A stretch of 64,000 nt of DNA from an uncultured Rhodospirillaceae bacterium (GTDB lineage Bacteria > Pseudomonadota > Alphaproteobacteria > UBA7887). Shown in pieces: positions 1 to 8,243 of the stretch. The stretch covers positions 369 to 64,368 of the forward strand of contig CAYPAX010000011.1 of the NCBI GenBank assembly GCA_964408735.1, read 5' to 3'. The number at the start of each line of letters is the position of its first letter. The stretch's first letter is position 1. Made by a program: the position numbers and the translations under genes. Under the pieces are notes generated by a model that saw nothing but the letters and a program-made list of their open reading frames with translations, was not told the DNA's origin and made no database searches.

Positions 1-210
1 GATCGGCTCGCCGCCATAGCGCGGATGCATCTCCTCGGCAAAGCGCCGGCCATAGACGGCATAAGCGTCGCGGCCGCTGAGCCCGTCGACGCCAAAGCCG
101 TCCGCGGCACGCTCGCGATAGCGCAACAGGTTGAGCATCACAACAGGCTCGTCGAGATCGCCCTCGGCCATTGCGGCGAGCGCTTCGTGGTTCGCGTCTA
201 TGCTCGCCAT
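1..210 (-). CDS. DUF1330-like protein (partial, runs off window start)
   Basis: Not in ORF track. Translated by hand: MASIDANHEALAAMAEGDLDEPVVMLNLLRYRERAADGFGVDGLSGRDAYAVYG... The PVVMLNLLRYR...SGRDAY..Y motif is typical of this family. GGAGG RBS 9 nt upstream; overlaps the hydrolase stop. Confidence 0.7.
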   Translation of the reverse strand, partial: MASIDANHEALAAMAEGDLDEPVVMLNLLRYRERAADGFGVDGLSGRDAYAVYGRRFAEEMHPRYGGEPI

Positions 211-1241
211 TGTCTCATACCTCCCGCTGGCCAGCCGTCCGGCACCGCTGTCGCCAGCCAGGCCGCCAGGGTTGCGTTGACTTCGGCCGGCTTTTCCTGC
301 GCCATCCAATGGCCGCTCGCCACCACTCGTGTCGTCAGTTCGCGGCAAGTATCGAGCATCGGCTCGGCCAGGCGCGAGGTCATGCATTCGCAAGTGGCGT
401 CGTATTCGCCGGCAACGAAGAGCGTCGGCATCTCCAATACGCCGCCATTCACCGCGCGCTCGGCATAGGCGGCATTGGCGGCGTGGTTCATGTAATACGA
501 GCCGGGTCCGAAGAAGCCGTTGCGACCGAGCGCCGCGGCATAGGCGCACAACTCCGCCTCGCTCAGCACCGCATCGTCGCGCGGCACGTCGGGCGGCTCG
601 GCAGCGCCGCCGAACCAGCCGCCGTCGCGGCGCACGAAGGCGGTGCGCGACGGTTTCGACATGGCGGCCGGATCGCCGCGGCGAAACAGTGCCTTGATCG
701 CCTTGGCCGGAGCGGCGTCGAAGGGGGCGATGGCGGTGGCAAAATTCTCTTCGTAGAAACGCATATATTCCCATTGCCCGGCGGGAAATTCGTCCTCCGG
801 GTAGAGCTTTCGGTCGATCAGCGGCAAGAACGAGTCGAGGCCGCGTTCCAGGCCGCACGGCACACAGAGATTGGCGGCGCCATGGCAACGTTCGGGGAAA
901 TGGCTGGCAAGGCTCCAGACGACAGCCGCGCCCCAGTCGTGCCCGACCCAAACGGCACGCTCGGCGCCAAGCGCATCGAGCAGGCCGATCATATCCCCGA
1001 CCACCCGCTCCAGTGCGTAGTCTTCGTGGCGCGCATGAACGCTCGAGCGCCCGTAGCCGCGCATGTCCGGCGCCAGCGCACGAAAGCCAAGCGAACCGAA
1101 GCAAGGCAATTGGTGCCGCCAACTGATGGCAAGCTCGGGCCAACCATGGACAAAGATGATCGGCGGCCCGTCCGAAGGCCCAGCCGCCAAATAGAACGTC
1201 TGATGATCGCCCGTGCGGACGACATGTTCCGTAACAGCCAT
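198..1241 (-). CDS. Epoxide hydrolase-like alpha/beta hydrolase
   Basis: HGWPE oxyanion motif, GHDWG nucleophile Asp, C-terminal GHW His. ATG at 1241 preferred over GTG at 1253. Confidence 0.9.
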   Translation of the reverse strand: MAVTEHVVRTGDHQTFYLAAGPSDGPPIIFVHGWPELAISWRHQLPCFGSLGFRALAPDMRGYGRSSVHARHEDYALERVVGDMIGLLDALGAERAVWVGHDWGAAVVWSLASHFPERCHGAANLCVPCGLERGLDSFLPLIDRKLYPEDEFPAGQWEYMRFYEENFATAIAPFDAAPAKAIKALFRRGDPAAMSKPSRTAFVRRDGGWFGGAAEPPDVPRDDAVLSEAELCAYAAALGRNGFFGPGSYYMNHAANAAYAERAVNGGVLEMPTLFVAGEYDATCECMTSRLAEPMLDTCRELTTRVVASGHWMAQEKPAEVNATLAAWLATAVPDGWPAGGMRQWRA

Positions 1242-1281
1242 ATCCGTCACCACCTGCCCCCAATCCGCAGCTTGACTTTAT

Positions 1282-1297
1282 TGGTTCATATGAACCA
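1282..1297. promoter_or_regulatory. Perfect 16-bp palindromic operator TGGTTCATATGAACCA upstream of the HK-RR operon
   Basis: Exact palindrome read from the sequence, just downstream of a TTGACT -35-like hexamer (1272-1277). Two degenerate copies at 4110 and 4141. Confidence 0.75.
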
Positions 1298-1327
1298 GCC
1301 TACCGGTGACACGCTACCGAGGCAACA

Positions 1328-2782
1328 ATGACCGCCATTCGCTCGCTTCGCAGTTTGCAGCTGATCCACGGCCTGGCGCTGGTGCTGCTTGTGGGCATCA
1401 CGGGTGTCGCGGGCACGGTGGGGCTGGTGTTGAGCGAGCGCTGGACCGCTGAGGCCTTGCGTATCGACAGCCTGCTGCGCCTTGCCGAGGAGGCGCGCGG
1501 CGATCTTTATCGCCAGACGAAAGAGGTGTTCGACTACCACTTTCTTGGCGATCCCGATGCTTCCGACGAGTACCGCGTCTATGGCGAGGCCCTGGCGGCT
1601 AAGCTGACCGAACTCGATCGCCTGGCCCGGGAGCCGGCGGAAAAGACTGTGGTCGCCGGCCTGCTCTCGGCCCAGGCGGCGGCGCGCCTCGATGCCGATG
1701 CCATCATGGCGCGCGAGGCCGGCAGTTTCGGCGAGGCGGAGAAGCTGGCGCTGTTCGACACCGAGCTCGAGGTCGGCAGCCTCGCCGCCGTCGATGCCGC
1801 CCTGGACGCAGCGGCTGCCGAGTTCATTAGGGCGCGCAACGACCTTGCGCGGCGGGTCTCGCGGCTGTCGAACATTGCCCTGATCGTCTTGCTGGTTCCG
1901 GTTATCGCCGCGGCAGCGCTGCTGCTGTTCGCCCAGGGCTTCCTGCAGCGTGCCTTCGTCGCACCCCTGTCCGACCTCTTGCGCGCGCTGGCCGCCTTCG
2001 GCGCCGGGCGCCTGGAAAACCCCGTCGAGGAGCGCGGCGCGGCGGAAATGGTCACCTTGCAACAGGCCATCAACGCCATGACCGAGGAAGTGGCGGATAG
2101 CCGCGCGGCCCTGGTGCGCAGCGAGAAGCAGGCGGCGTTGGGCGCCCTGGTGCCGGTGATCGCGCATAACATCCGCAACCCCCTGGCCAGCATTCGCGCC
2201 ACCGCGCAGGTGCTCCCCGACGCGCCGGACGAGGCCGCCAAGAGCAAGGCCACCAAGGACATCATCAGCGCCGTCGACAGGCTCAATGCCTGGCTGACCT
2301 CCCTGCTCTCCTATCTCGATCCCGGCGGCGCCCACCGCAAGGCGGGCAGACTGGCCGACTGCGCCGATACCGCGCTCTCCCTGCTGGCCGCCAAGCTCGG
2401 CGAAAAAGGCGTCACGGTGACGCGTCAGGACTGGGAAGACGGCAGCAAGGTATCGCTGGATGCCAACCTCATGGAACAGGCCATCTACGGCCTGCTCGTC
2501 AATGCGGCCGAGGCCTCACCGCAGGGCGGGCGGCTGGAACTGGCGGCGGGCGGCGACGATGCCACAAGCTGGCTCTCGATCAGCGACCATGGCGGCGGCT
2601 TGCCTTTCGCTCCGAGCGCCGACGGCGCCATTCCCGGCCCCACTACCAAAACATGGGGCAGCGGCCTGGGCATCCCGTTTGCCTACAAGATCTGCGAGCT
2701 GCATGACGGCACACTGCGCTTCGACGAGGTCGAAGGCGGTGGCACCCGCGCCACCATCTCGCTGCCGGCGGTGTCCCCATGA
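1328..2782 (+). CDS. Membrane sensor histidine kinase (2 TM, periplasmic helical domain, HAMP, HisKA, HATPase)
   Basis: H-box IAHNIRNPL, N-box LLVNAAEA, SDHGGG and GSGLGIP G-boxes; 4-bp overlap with the regulator. Confidence 0.92.
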   Translation: MTAIRSLRSLQLIHGLALVLLVGITGVAGTVGLVLSERWTAEALRIDSLLRLAEEARGDLYRQTKEVFDYHFLGDPDASDEYRVYGEALAAKLTELDRLAREPAEKTVVAGLLSAQAAARLDADAIMAREAGSFGEAEKLALFDTELEVGSLAAVDAALDAAAAEFIRARNDLARRVSRLSNIALIVLLVPVIAAAALLLFAQGFLQRAFVAPLSDLLRALAAFGAGRLENPVEERGAAEMVTLQQAINAMTEEVADSRAALVRSEKQAALGALVPVIAHNIRNPLASIRATAQVLPDAPDEAAKSKATKDIISAVDRLNAWLTSLLSYLDPGGAHRKAGRLADCADTALSLLAAKLGEKGVTVTRQDWEDGSKVSLDANLMEQAIYGLLVNAAEASPQGGRLELAAGGDDATSWLSISDHGGGLPFAPSADGAIPGPTTKTWGSGLGIPFAYKICELHDGTLRFDEVEGGGTRATISLPAVSP

Positions 2783-4089
2783 GCGGCGCAGCCATCCTTG
2801 TCGTCGATGACGAGATCCCGTTCGCCGAGGCGGTGGCGATGCGGCTCGGGCGCGACGGCCACACGGCCCATGTCGCCGGCACGCTCGGCGCGGCGCGCGC
2901 GCATCTGGCCGGGGCGGAGACCGATCTCGTGCTGCTCGACATGCGCCTGCCAGACGGCACCGGCCTCGACCTGCTGGGCGAGATAGCCGGCGTGTCGGTG
3001 GTCGCTGTGACGGCCTTCGGCGATCTCGACAATGCGGTCGAAGCCATGAAGCGCGGCGCGGTCGATTATCTGCGCAAGCCCCTCGACCTCGACGAGCTGG
3101 CGCTGGTCGTCGAACGGGTGCTGGAATCCCGCGAGTTGCGCCGGCGCCTCGACTATTCGGCCGAACGCGAAGCGCATGCCAGCGATGCCACGGCGCTGTT
3201 GGGCGAAAGTCCTGCCATGCGCGCGGCCCGCCACGAGATCGAGACCATCGCCACGGTTGACCACGACGGCGAGGCCCCCAACCTGCTGCTGCTGGGCGAG
3301 ACGGGAACCGGCAAGTCGGTCGCGGCGCGTCTGGTGCACGACCTGGGCCCGCGCGCAGGCCGTCCTTTCGTGCGCATCGATTGTGTCGCCCTGCGCCATC
3401 TCGATGCGAACCGCGAGCTGTTCGGCGGCGGCGGCGGGCCGGGACTTCTCGAAGCGGCAGAGGATGGCAGCCTCTTCCTCGACGAGGTCTGCGAGCTTTC
3501 CGACGAGCTGCAGGCCAAGCTGCTGACAGTCTTGGAAAACCGCTCGTTACGCCATACCAACGACAGTCGCGACGTACCGTTGCGATCCCGTATCATTGCC
3601 GCCAGCAACCGCGACTTGGCGGCAGAGGCGCGCGGCGGGCACTTCCGTGCCGATCTCTATTACCGTTTGGATGTGTTGCATATCCGCTTGCCGGCCTTGC
3701 GCGACTGCCCCGGCGATGCGGCCAGGCTGGCCGAACATTTCATTGCCGAGACCGCGCGGCGCTACGGCCGCGAGGCGCCGAAGCTCTCCAAAGCGGCGGC
3801 AGCGGCGCTGGAACGCTACGACTGGCCCGGCAATGTGCGCGAGCTTGCCCATGTCATAGAGCGCGCCGTGCTGCTCGACCGCAACGGAAGATTGGAGCCG
3901 TCCGCGCTGCCGTTGGCGCAAACCGTGGCAGCAGAACGGGCCGAGCCCTTGAGCTCTCTCGCCGACACCGAGCGCGGCGCCCTCGAACAGGCACTTGGCG
4001 AAGCCGGCGGCAATGTCTCCGCCGCCGCCCGGGCGCTGGGCATCACGCGCATGACCATGCGCTATCGCATGGGCAAATATGGTCTTTGA
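2779..4089 (+). CDS. NtrC-family response regulator (REC-AAA+-Fis HTH) lacking the GAFTGA loop
   Basis: REC with VDD, LLDM (phospho-Asp) and KP; Walker A GETGTGKS; Walker B LFLDEV; WPGNVREL; C-terminal HTH GNVSAAARALGITRMTMRYRM. ELFG is followed directly by GGGGPG. Confidence 0.92.
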   Translation: MSGAAILVVDDEIPFAEAVAMRLGRDGHTAHVAGTLGAARAHLAGAETDLVLLDMRLPDGTGLDLLGEIAGVSVVAVTAFGDLDNAVEAMKRGAVDYLRKPLDLDELALVVERVLESRELRRRLDYSAEREAHASDATALLGESPAMRAARHEIETIATVDHDGEAPNLLLLGETGTGKSVAARLVHDLGPRAGRPFVRIDCVALRHLDANRELFGGGGGPGLLEAAEDGSLFLDEVCELSDELQAKLLTVLENRSLRHTNDSRDVPLRSRIIAASNRDLAAEARGGHFRADLYYRLDVLHIRLPALRDCPGDAARLAEHFIAETARRYGREAPKLSKAAAAALERYDWPGNVRELAHVIERAVLLDRNGRLEPSALPLAQTVAAERAEPLSSLADTERGALEQALGEAGGNVSAAARALGITRMTMRYRMGKYGL

Positions 4090-4109
4090 CATCCGAACGC
4101 AGCCGGTAC

Positions 4110-4156
4110 TGGTTCATATCAGCCAAAACGCGGCTCCAATTGGTTCATTTAAGCCA
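4110..4156. promoter_or_regulatory. Two degenerate operator copies (TGGTTCATATCAGCCA 4110-4125; TGGTTCATTTAAGCCA 4141-4156) upstream of the TonB-dependent receptor
   Basis: 14/16 and 13/16 matches to the palindrome at 1282; starts 31 bp apart (about 3 helical turns); followed by an AT-rich tract. Confidence 0.72.
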
Positions 4157-4207
4157 ATATATATCCTTTAAGAACAATAAGTTACGATAAAATTTTAACA
4201 TTATTGT

Positions 4208-4236
4208 TTGACCACCCCTCCGATCGCCATTACACC
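4208..4236 (+). promoter_or_regulatory. Candidate sigma70-type promoter TTGACC-N17-TACACC
   Basis: Good -35 and canonical 17-nt spacer; weak -10; lies 41 nt before the receptor ATG. Confidence 0.4.
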
Positions 4237-4277
4237 CATCGGACAATAATGACGATGTATCCTCGGGAGGGATATCC

Positions 4278-6764
4278 ATGCCACTTCGGGCCCACCGGGC
4301 GGGCCGGCCGCTTGCCGCCGCCACAGTCTTTCTTGTCGCCACCACCCCAGCTTGGAGCCAGGACGCCCCTGTGTCCGTGCTGCCGGACATCGAGGTCATC
4401 GGCACCACGCCTTTGCTGGGCACGGGCACGCCGGTCGATAAGGTGCCGGGCAACCCGCAGACCCTCTCCGAGGACGAGATCGAGCGCTACCCCAGCAATC
4501 AGCTGATCGACCAGCTGCACAGCCAGCTCAACAGCGTCACCGTGGTCGATGTGCAGAACAGCACCTATCAGAAGGACATCCGCTATCGCGGCTTTGCGGC
4601 TTCGCCGCTGCTCGGCGAGTCCCAAGGCATAGCCGTGTTCCAGAACGGCGTGCGCATCAACGAGGCTTTCGGCGACACGGTGCAGTGGGACCTGATTCCG
4701 GAGCCGGCCATCCGCAGCATGAACCTGGTCAACAACAATCCCGCCTTCGGCCTCAACGCGCTGGGCGGTGCCATCGCCATCGACATGCATGACGGCTTCA
4801 GCTTCCAGGGCATGGAGGCCGAGGCCCATGGCGGCTATTGGGAGCGCTGGGGCACCGAGATGCAGGCCGGCTGGGCCGGCGAGAATTTCGCCGCTTACGT
4901 CGCGGCCGACCACCAGAACGACGGCGGCTGGCGCAACGCATCCAAGTCCGACCTCTCGCGCCTATATGGCGACCTCGCGATGGCCGGCGACGAGTTCCAG
5001 ATCAACTTCAATTTCACCTACGCCGACACCGACCTGATCGGAAACGGCCCGGCGCCAGCGGAAATTCTGGAAGCCAATCGGCGTGCCGTGTTCACCACGC
5101 CCGACGTGACGGAGAACGAGATCTTCTTCTTCCAGGGCAACGGCAGCTACGACATCAACGACACCAGCTCGGTGCAGGCCAACGCCTATTACCGCCGCAT
5201 CACGCGCTCGACCCTGAACGGCGACGAGATCGCCGGTGAGGAATGCGATGCCGCCGCCTTGGGCGCCACCTTCGCCGGCGACGGCAATCTGGCCGCCACG
5301 GTCGGCAACGGTGCCGCCGTGGCCGCGGCACCGGGCGACTATCTTTGCGTCGAGGAAGACGACCCGACGCTGTTGATCGACCAGTTCGGCAATGCGGTCG
5401 GCGCCCCGGCCACTACCCCTGGCGCCAAGAATACGACCTCGACGCAGACCCTCACATACGGTGGTGCCGTGCAGGGCGTGCTCGAGGATACGCTGCTGGG
5501 CATGGACAACACGCTGATATTCGGCACCGCGCTCGATTTCTCGCAGACCCGCTTCCACAACGAGCAACACGTTGTCTCGATCAACTTGGCACGCGCCATC
5601 GTCGATACGGGCTCGCCGATCCTCAATCTTCAGGGCTATACCGCTGCAGTTGCCGGCGGCTCGCTGGTGGCCGGGCAAGGCACGCCAACGCAGATCAAGA
5701 ACACCACGGCCAGCCTCGGCATCTACGCCACCGATACGCTGGACGTCACCGACGACCTCAGCGTCATGTTCGCCGGGCGCTTCAACCGCACCACCAGCGA
5801 TACCAGCGACGAGTTCGTCTATAACGTGGTGCGCGCCGGCACCCTGCAAAGCTCGAGCATCTTCAGCCGCTTCAATCCGGCGCTCGGGTTCACCTATGCG
5901 GTCGCTCCCCTCGGTGCCACCGTCTATGGCGGCGCCAGCGAGAACACGCGCGCGCCGACCCCGGCCGAGCTCGGCTGCTCGGACCCGGCCGCGCCGTGTC
6001 GCTTCCCCAACGCCTTCCTCTCGGATCCGCCGCTCAATCAGGTGGTCTCGCGGACCTTCGAGGCGGGCGTGCGCGGCGCCATACCCGGCCTTCCCGACGA
6101 CCTCGACGTGAACTGGAATTTCAGCCTCTACACCACGACCAATTTCGACGACATCCTGTTCGTTTCGGCCGGCACCGGTCTCGGCGCCGGCTTCTTCAAG
6201 AACGTCGGCGACACGCGCCGCCGCGGCATCGAAGCCAGTGCCAACGGGCGCTGGGGCCGGCTCGGCTTTTATGCCAATTACAGCTTCATCGAAGCGACGT
6301 TTGAATCCGAGTTCACGGTGGCATCGGCCAACCACCCCATGGCGGCATCGCTCGGCGCCGGCCAGAGCATTCCGGTCTCCAAGGGCGACAACATTCCCGG
6401 CGTGCCCGACCACACTTTGAACCTCGGCGTCGATTATGCCCTCACCGAGGAATGGATCCTGGGCAGCACCATGGTCGCCCGCTCCGGCGTCTACCTGCGT
6501 GGCGACGAGGGCAATCTGCTGCCGCGCACCAACGGCTATGCGGTGTTCAACGCCCACACCACTTACGCCCTTGGCGACTATGTGGAGCTGTTCGGGCGCA
6601 TCGAGAACATGTTCGACTTCAATTACGAGACCTTCGGCGTGCTCGGCGAGGTCGGCAACGAGACACCGGTCTACGAGCTGCCCAACGGCATCACGGACCC
6701 GCGCTACCTGTCGCCGGGGCAGCCATTTGCCGCCTATGTCGGCGTGCGCATTAGGCTCAACTGA
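4278..6764 (+). CDS. TonB-dependent outer-membrane receptor
   Basis: Signal peptide (PAWS/QD), TonB-box-like DIEVIG, plug motifs RGFAASPLLG, NGVRINEAFGD and FGLNALGGAI, beta-barrel body, C-terminal YVGVRIRLN; GGAGGG RBS. Confidence 0.93.
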   Translation: MPLRAHRAGRPLAAATVFLVATTPAWSQDAPVSVLPDIEVIGTTPLLGTGTPVDKVPGNPQTLSEDEIERYPSNQLIDQLHSQLNSVTVVDVQNSTYQKDIRYRGFAASPLLGESQGIAVFQNGVRINEAFGDTVQWDLIPEPAIRSMNLVNNNPAFGLNALGGAIAIDMHDGFSFQGMEAEAHGGYWERWGTEMQAGWAGENFAAYVAADHQNDGGWRNASKSDLSRLYGDLAMAGDEFQINFNFTYADTDLIGNGPAPAEILEANRRAVFTTPDVTENEIFFFQGNGSYDINDTSSVQANAYYRRITRSTLNGDEIAGEECDAAALGATFAGDGNLAATVGNGAAVAAAPGDYLCVEEDDPTLLIDQFGNAVGAPATTPGAKNTTSTQTLTYGGAVQGVLEDTLLGMDNTLIFGTALDFSQTRFHNEQHVVSINLARAIVDTGSPILNLQGYTAAVAGGSLVAGQGTPTQIKNTTASLGIYATDTLDVTDDLSVMFAGRFNRTTSDTSDEFVYNVVRAGTLQSSSIFSRFNPALGFTYAVAPLGATVYGGASENTRAPTPAELGCSDPAAPCRFPNAFLSDPPLNQVVSRTFEAGVRGAIPGLPDDLDVNWNFSLYTTTNFDDILFVSAGTGLGAGFFKNVGDTRRRGIEASANGRWGRLGFYANYSFIEATFESEFTVASANHPMAASLGAGQSIPVSKGDNIPGVPDHTLNLGVDYALTEEWILGSTMVARSGVYLRGDEGNLLPRTNGYAVFNAHTTYALGDYVELFGRIENMFDFNYETFGVLGEVGNETPVYELPNGITDPRYLSPGQPFAAYVGVRIRLN

Positions 6765-7408
6765 TGGCCGAGGCCGGCATGTTCGCGAGCGCCTTCGAGA
6801 TGCTCGCCAAGGGCGGGCCGGTGATGATGGTGCTGCTTGCCGTCTCGGGCCTGGCAGCCCTCATCATCATCGCCAAGATGCTGCAATTCGCCCGCCTCAG
6901 CCTGGGCGACTTGCGCTTCGTCGATCCCGCCATGAAAGCGCTTGACGGCAGCGAGCCGAAAGCGGCGATCGCGCTGCTGGCCAAGCGCAAGCACCCTGTG
7001 GCACGGGTGATGGAAAGCGCCATCGCCAGCAGTACCGACTTTCGCCTCGCCGCTGCGGATCGGGATGCGGAGATCAGCCGCGTCGGCAGCGCCCAGATCC
7101 GCGGCCTCGAAAGCCACCTGCGCGGCCTCGAAGTGATCGCCAATCTCAGCCCCCTGCTCGGCCTGCTGGGCACGGTGATGGGCATGATCGGCGCCTTTGC
7201 CAAGCTTGAGGACGCCGGCTCCAAGGTCGACCCGGCGCTGCTTGCCGGCGGCATCTGGGAGGCACTTCTGACCACGGCCTTCGGCCTCGTCATCGCCATC
7301 CCGGCGCTGGCCGCCTACTACGTCCTGGAAGGCCGCGTGGAGAACGTGCGCGCGGCCATGAAAGATGCCGTGACACGCATACTCGGCAGCACGGTGGCAA
7401 GGCGCTAG
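6764..7408 (+). CDS. exbB: MotA/TolQ/ExbB proton channel protein
   Basis: SPLLGLLGTVMGMIGAF and GIWEALLTTAFGLVIAIPA motifs. Confidence 0.9.
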   Translation: MAEAGMFASAFEMLAKGGPVMMVLLAVSGLAALIIIAKMLQFARLSLGDLRFVDPAMKALDGSEPKAAIALLAKRKHPVARVMESAIASSTDFRLAAADRDAEISRVGSAQIRGLESHLRGLEVIANLSPLLGLLGTVMGMIGAFAKLEDAGSKVDPALLAGGIWEALLTTAFGLVIAIPALAAYYVLEGRVENVRAAMKDAVTRILGSTVARR

Positions 7409-7411
7409 AGC

Positions 7412-7819
7412 ATGGATTTCGGCGAGCAGGAACGCGCCAAGCCCCAGCTCAGCATCGCGCCGCTGATCGACGTGGTGTTCCTGCTGCTGGTCTTCTTCAT
7501 GCTCGCCGGCTCGTTCATCCGCCAGACCGCGCTCGACCTTGCCATGGGCCAACGCCCCCTGCCCGCCCAGGCGACGGCCGAGAGCGCCGGCCCTCTCTTG
7601 GTCAAGGTCGCCGGCGACGGCAACATCACCCTAAACGGCCTTGTGCTCAGCCTCGATGCGCTGGGCAGCGAGCTGCTTGGACGAGCCGAGGGCGATGCCG
7701 AGCGCAAGGTGACCTTGCGGGCCGCCGACGCCGTGGCGGTGCAGAGCCTGGTCTCGGTGATGGATCGCATCACCGGCGCCGGCTTCCACAATATCCGCCT
7801 GGCACCACCGGGCTCGTAG
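7412..7819 (+). CDS. exbD: ExbD/TolR protein (copy 1)
   Basis: IAPLIDVVFLLLVFFM with the conserved TM Asp. Confidence 0.9.
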   Translation: MDFGEQERAKPQLSIAPLIDVVFLLLVFFMLAGSFIRQTALDLAMGQRPLPAQATAESAGPLLVKVAGDGNITLNGLVLSLDALGSELLGRAEGDAERKVTLRAADAVAVQSLVSVMDRITGAGFHNIRLAPPGS

Positions 7820-7823
7820 GGCG

Positions 7824-8243
7824 ATGGAATTCAGCGGCAGGAAACGCCTGGACGGCGGCATCAACATGGTGCCGCTGATCAACATCGTCTTTCTGCTGCT
7901 GATCTTCTTCATGCTGTCGAGCACCCTGGTCACCCCCGACAGCCTCGATGTCACGCTGCCCGAGTCCGAGAGCGCGCGCGCGGCCGAGAGCCAGCCCATT
8001 GTGCTCATCGTCGACAGCGAGGGCCGCATCGCCATCAACAATCGGGACGTCCGCGCTGAAGAGGTTGCCGGACGCCTGGCGGGGTTGGCCGAGGCCCATG
8101 TCGGGGCGGGCCTGGTGATCAAGGCCGATGCGGATGCGACATATGCCGATCTTGGCACTTTCCTGCACGCCGCCAAGGGCGCCGGCATCGAGCGCATCGC
8201 GCTGGCCACGCGCGAGCCCGGGCCTGAGGAGCCCGCCCCATGA
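7824..8243 (+). CDS. exbD: ExbD/TolR protein (copy 2)
   Basis: INMVPLINIVFLLLIFFML; the conserved TM Asp is Asn here. Confidence 0.88.
   Translation: MEFSGRKRLDGGINMVPLINIVFLLLIFFMLSSTLVTPDSLDVTLPESESARAAESQPIVLIVDSEGRIAINNRDVRAEEVAGRLAGLAEAHVGAGLVIKADADATYADLGTFLHAAKGAGIERIALATREPGPEEPAP

Noticed and set aside
171-1331. Long alternative-frame and antisense ORFs throughout (e.g. 171..1331+, 1286..2335-, 4962..6557-, 9768..11078+, 13219..14895-, 18677..20584+, 49104..50366+, 51536..53089+)
   Set aside because: They mirror well-supported genes on the other strand and have no recognisable motifs. Such shadow ORFs are expected in high-GC DNA with biased codon usage.
4186-4206. GATAAAATTTTAACATTATT as a Fur box before the receptor
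   Set aside because: The half-sites are one base too far apart and the centre mismatches; general AT richness explains it.
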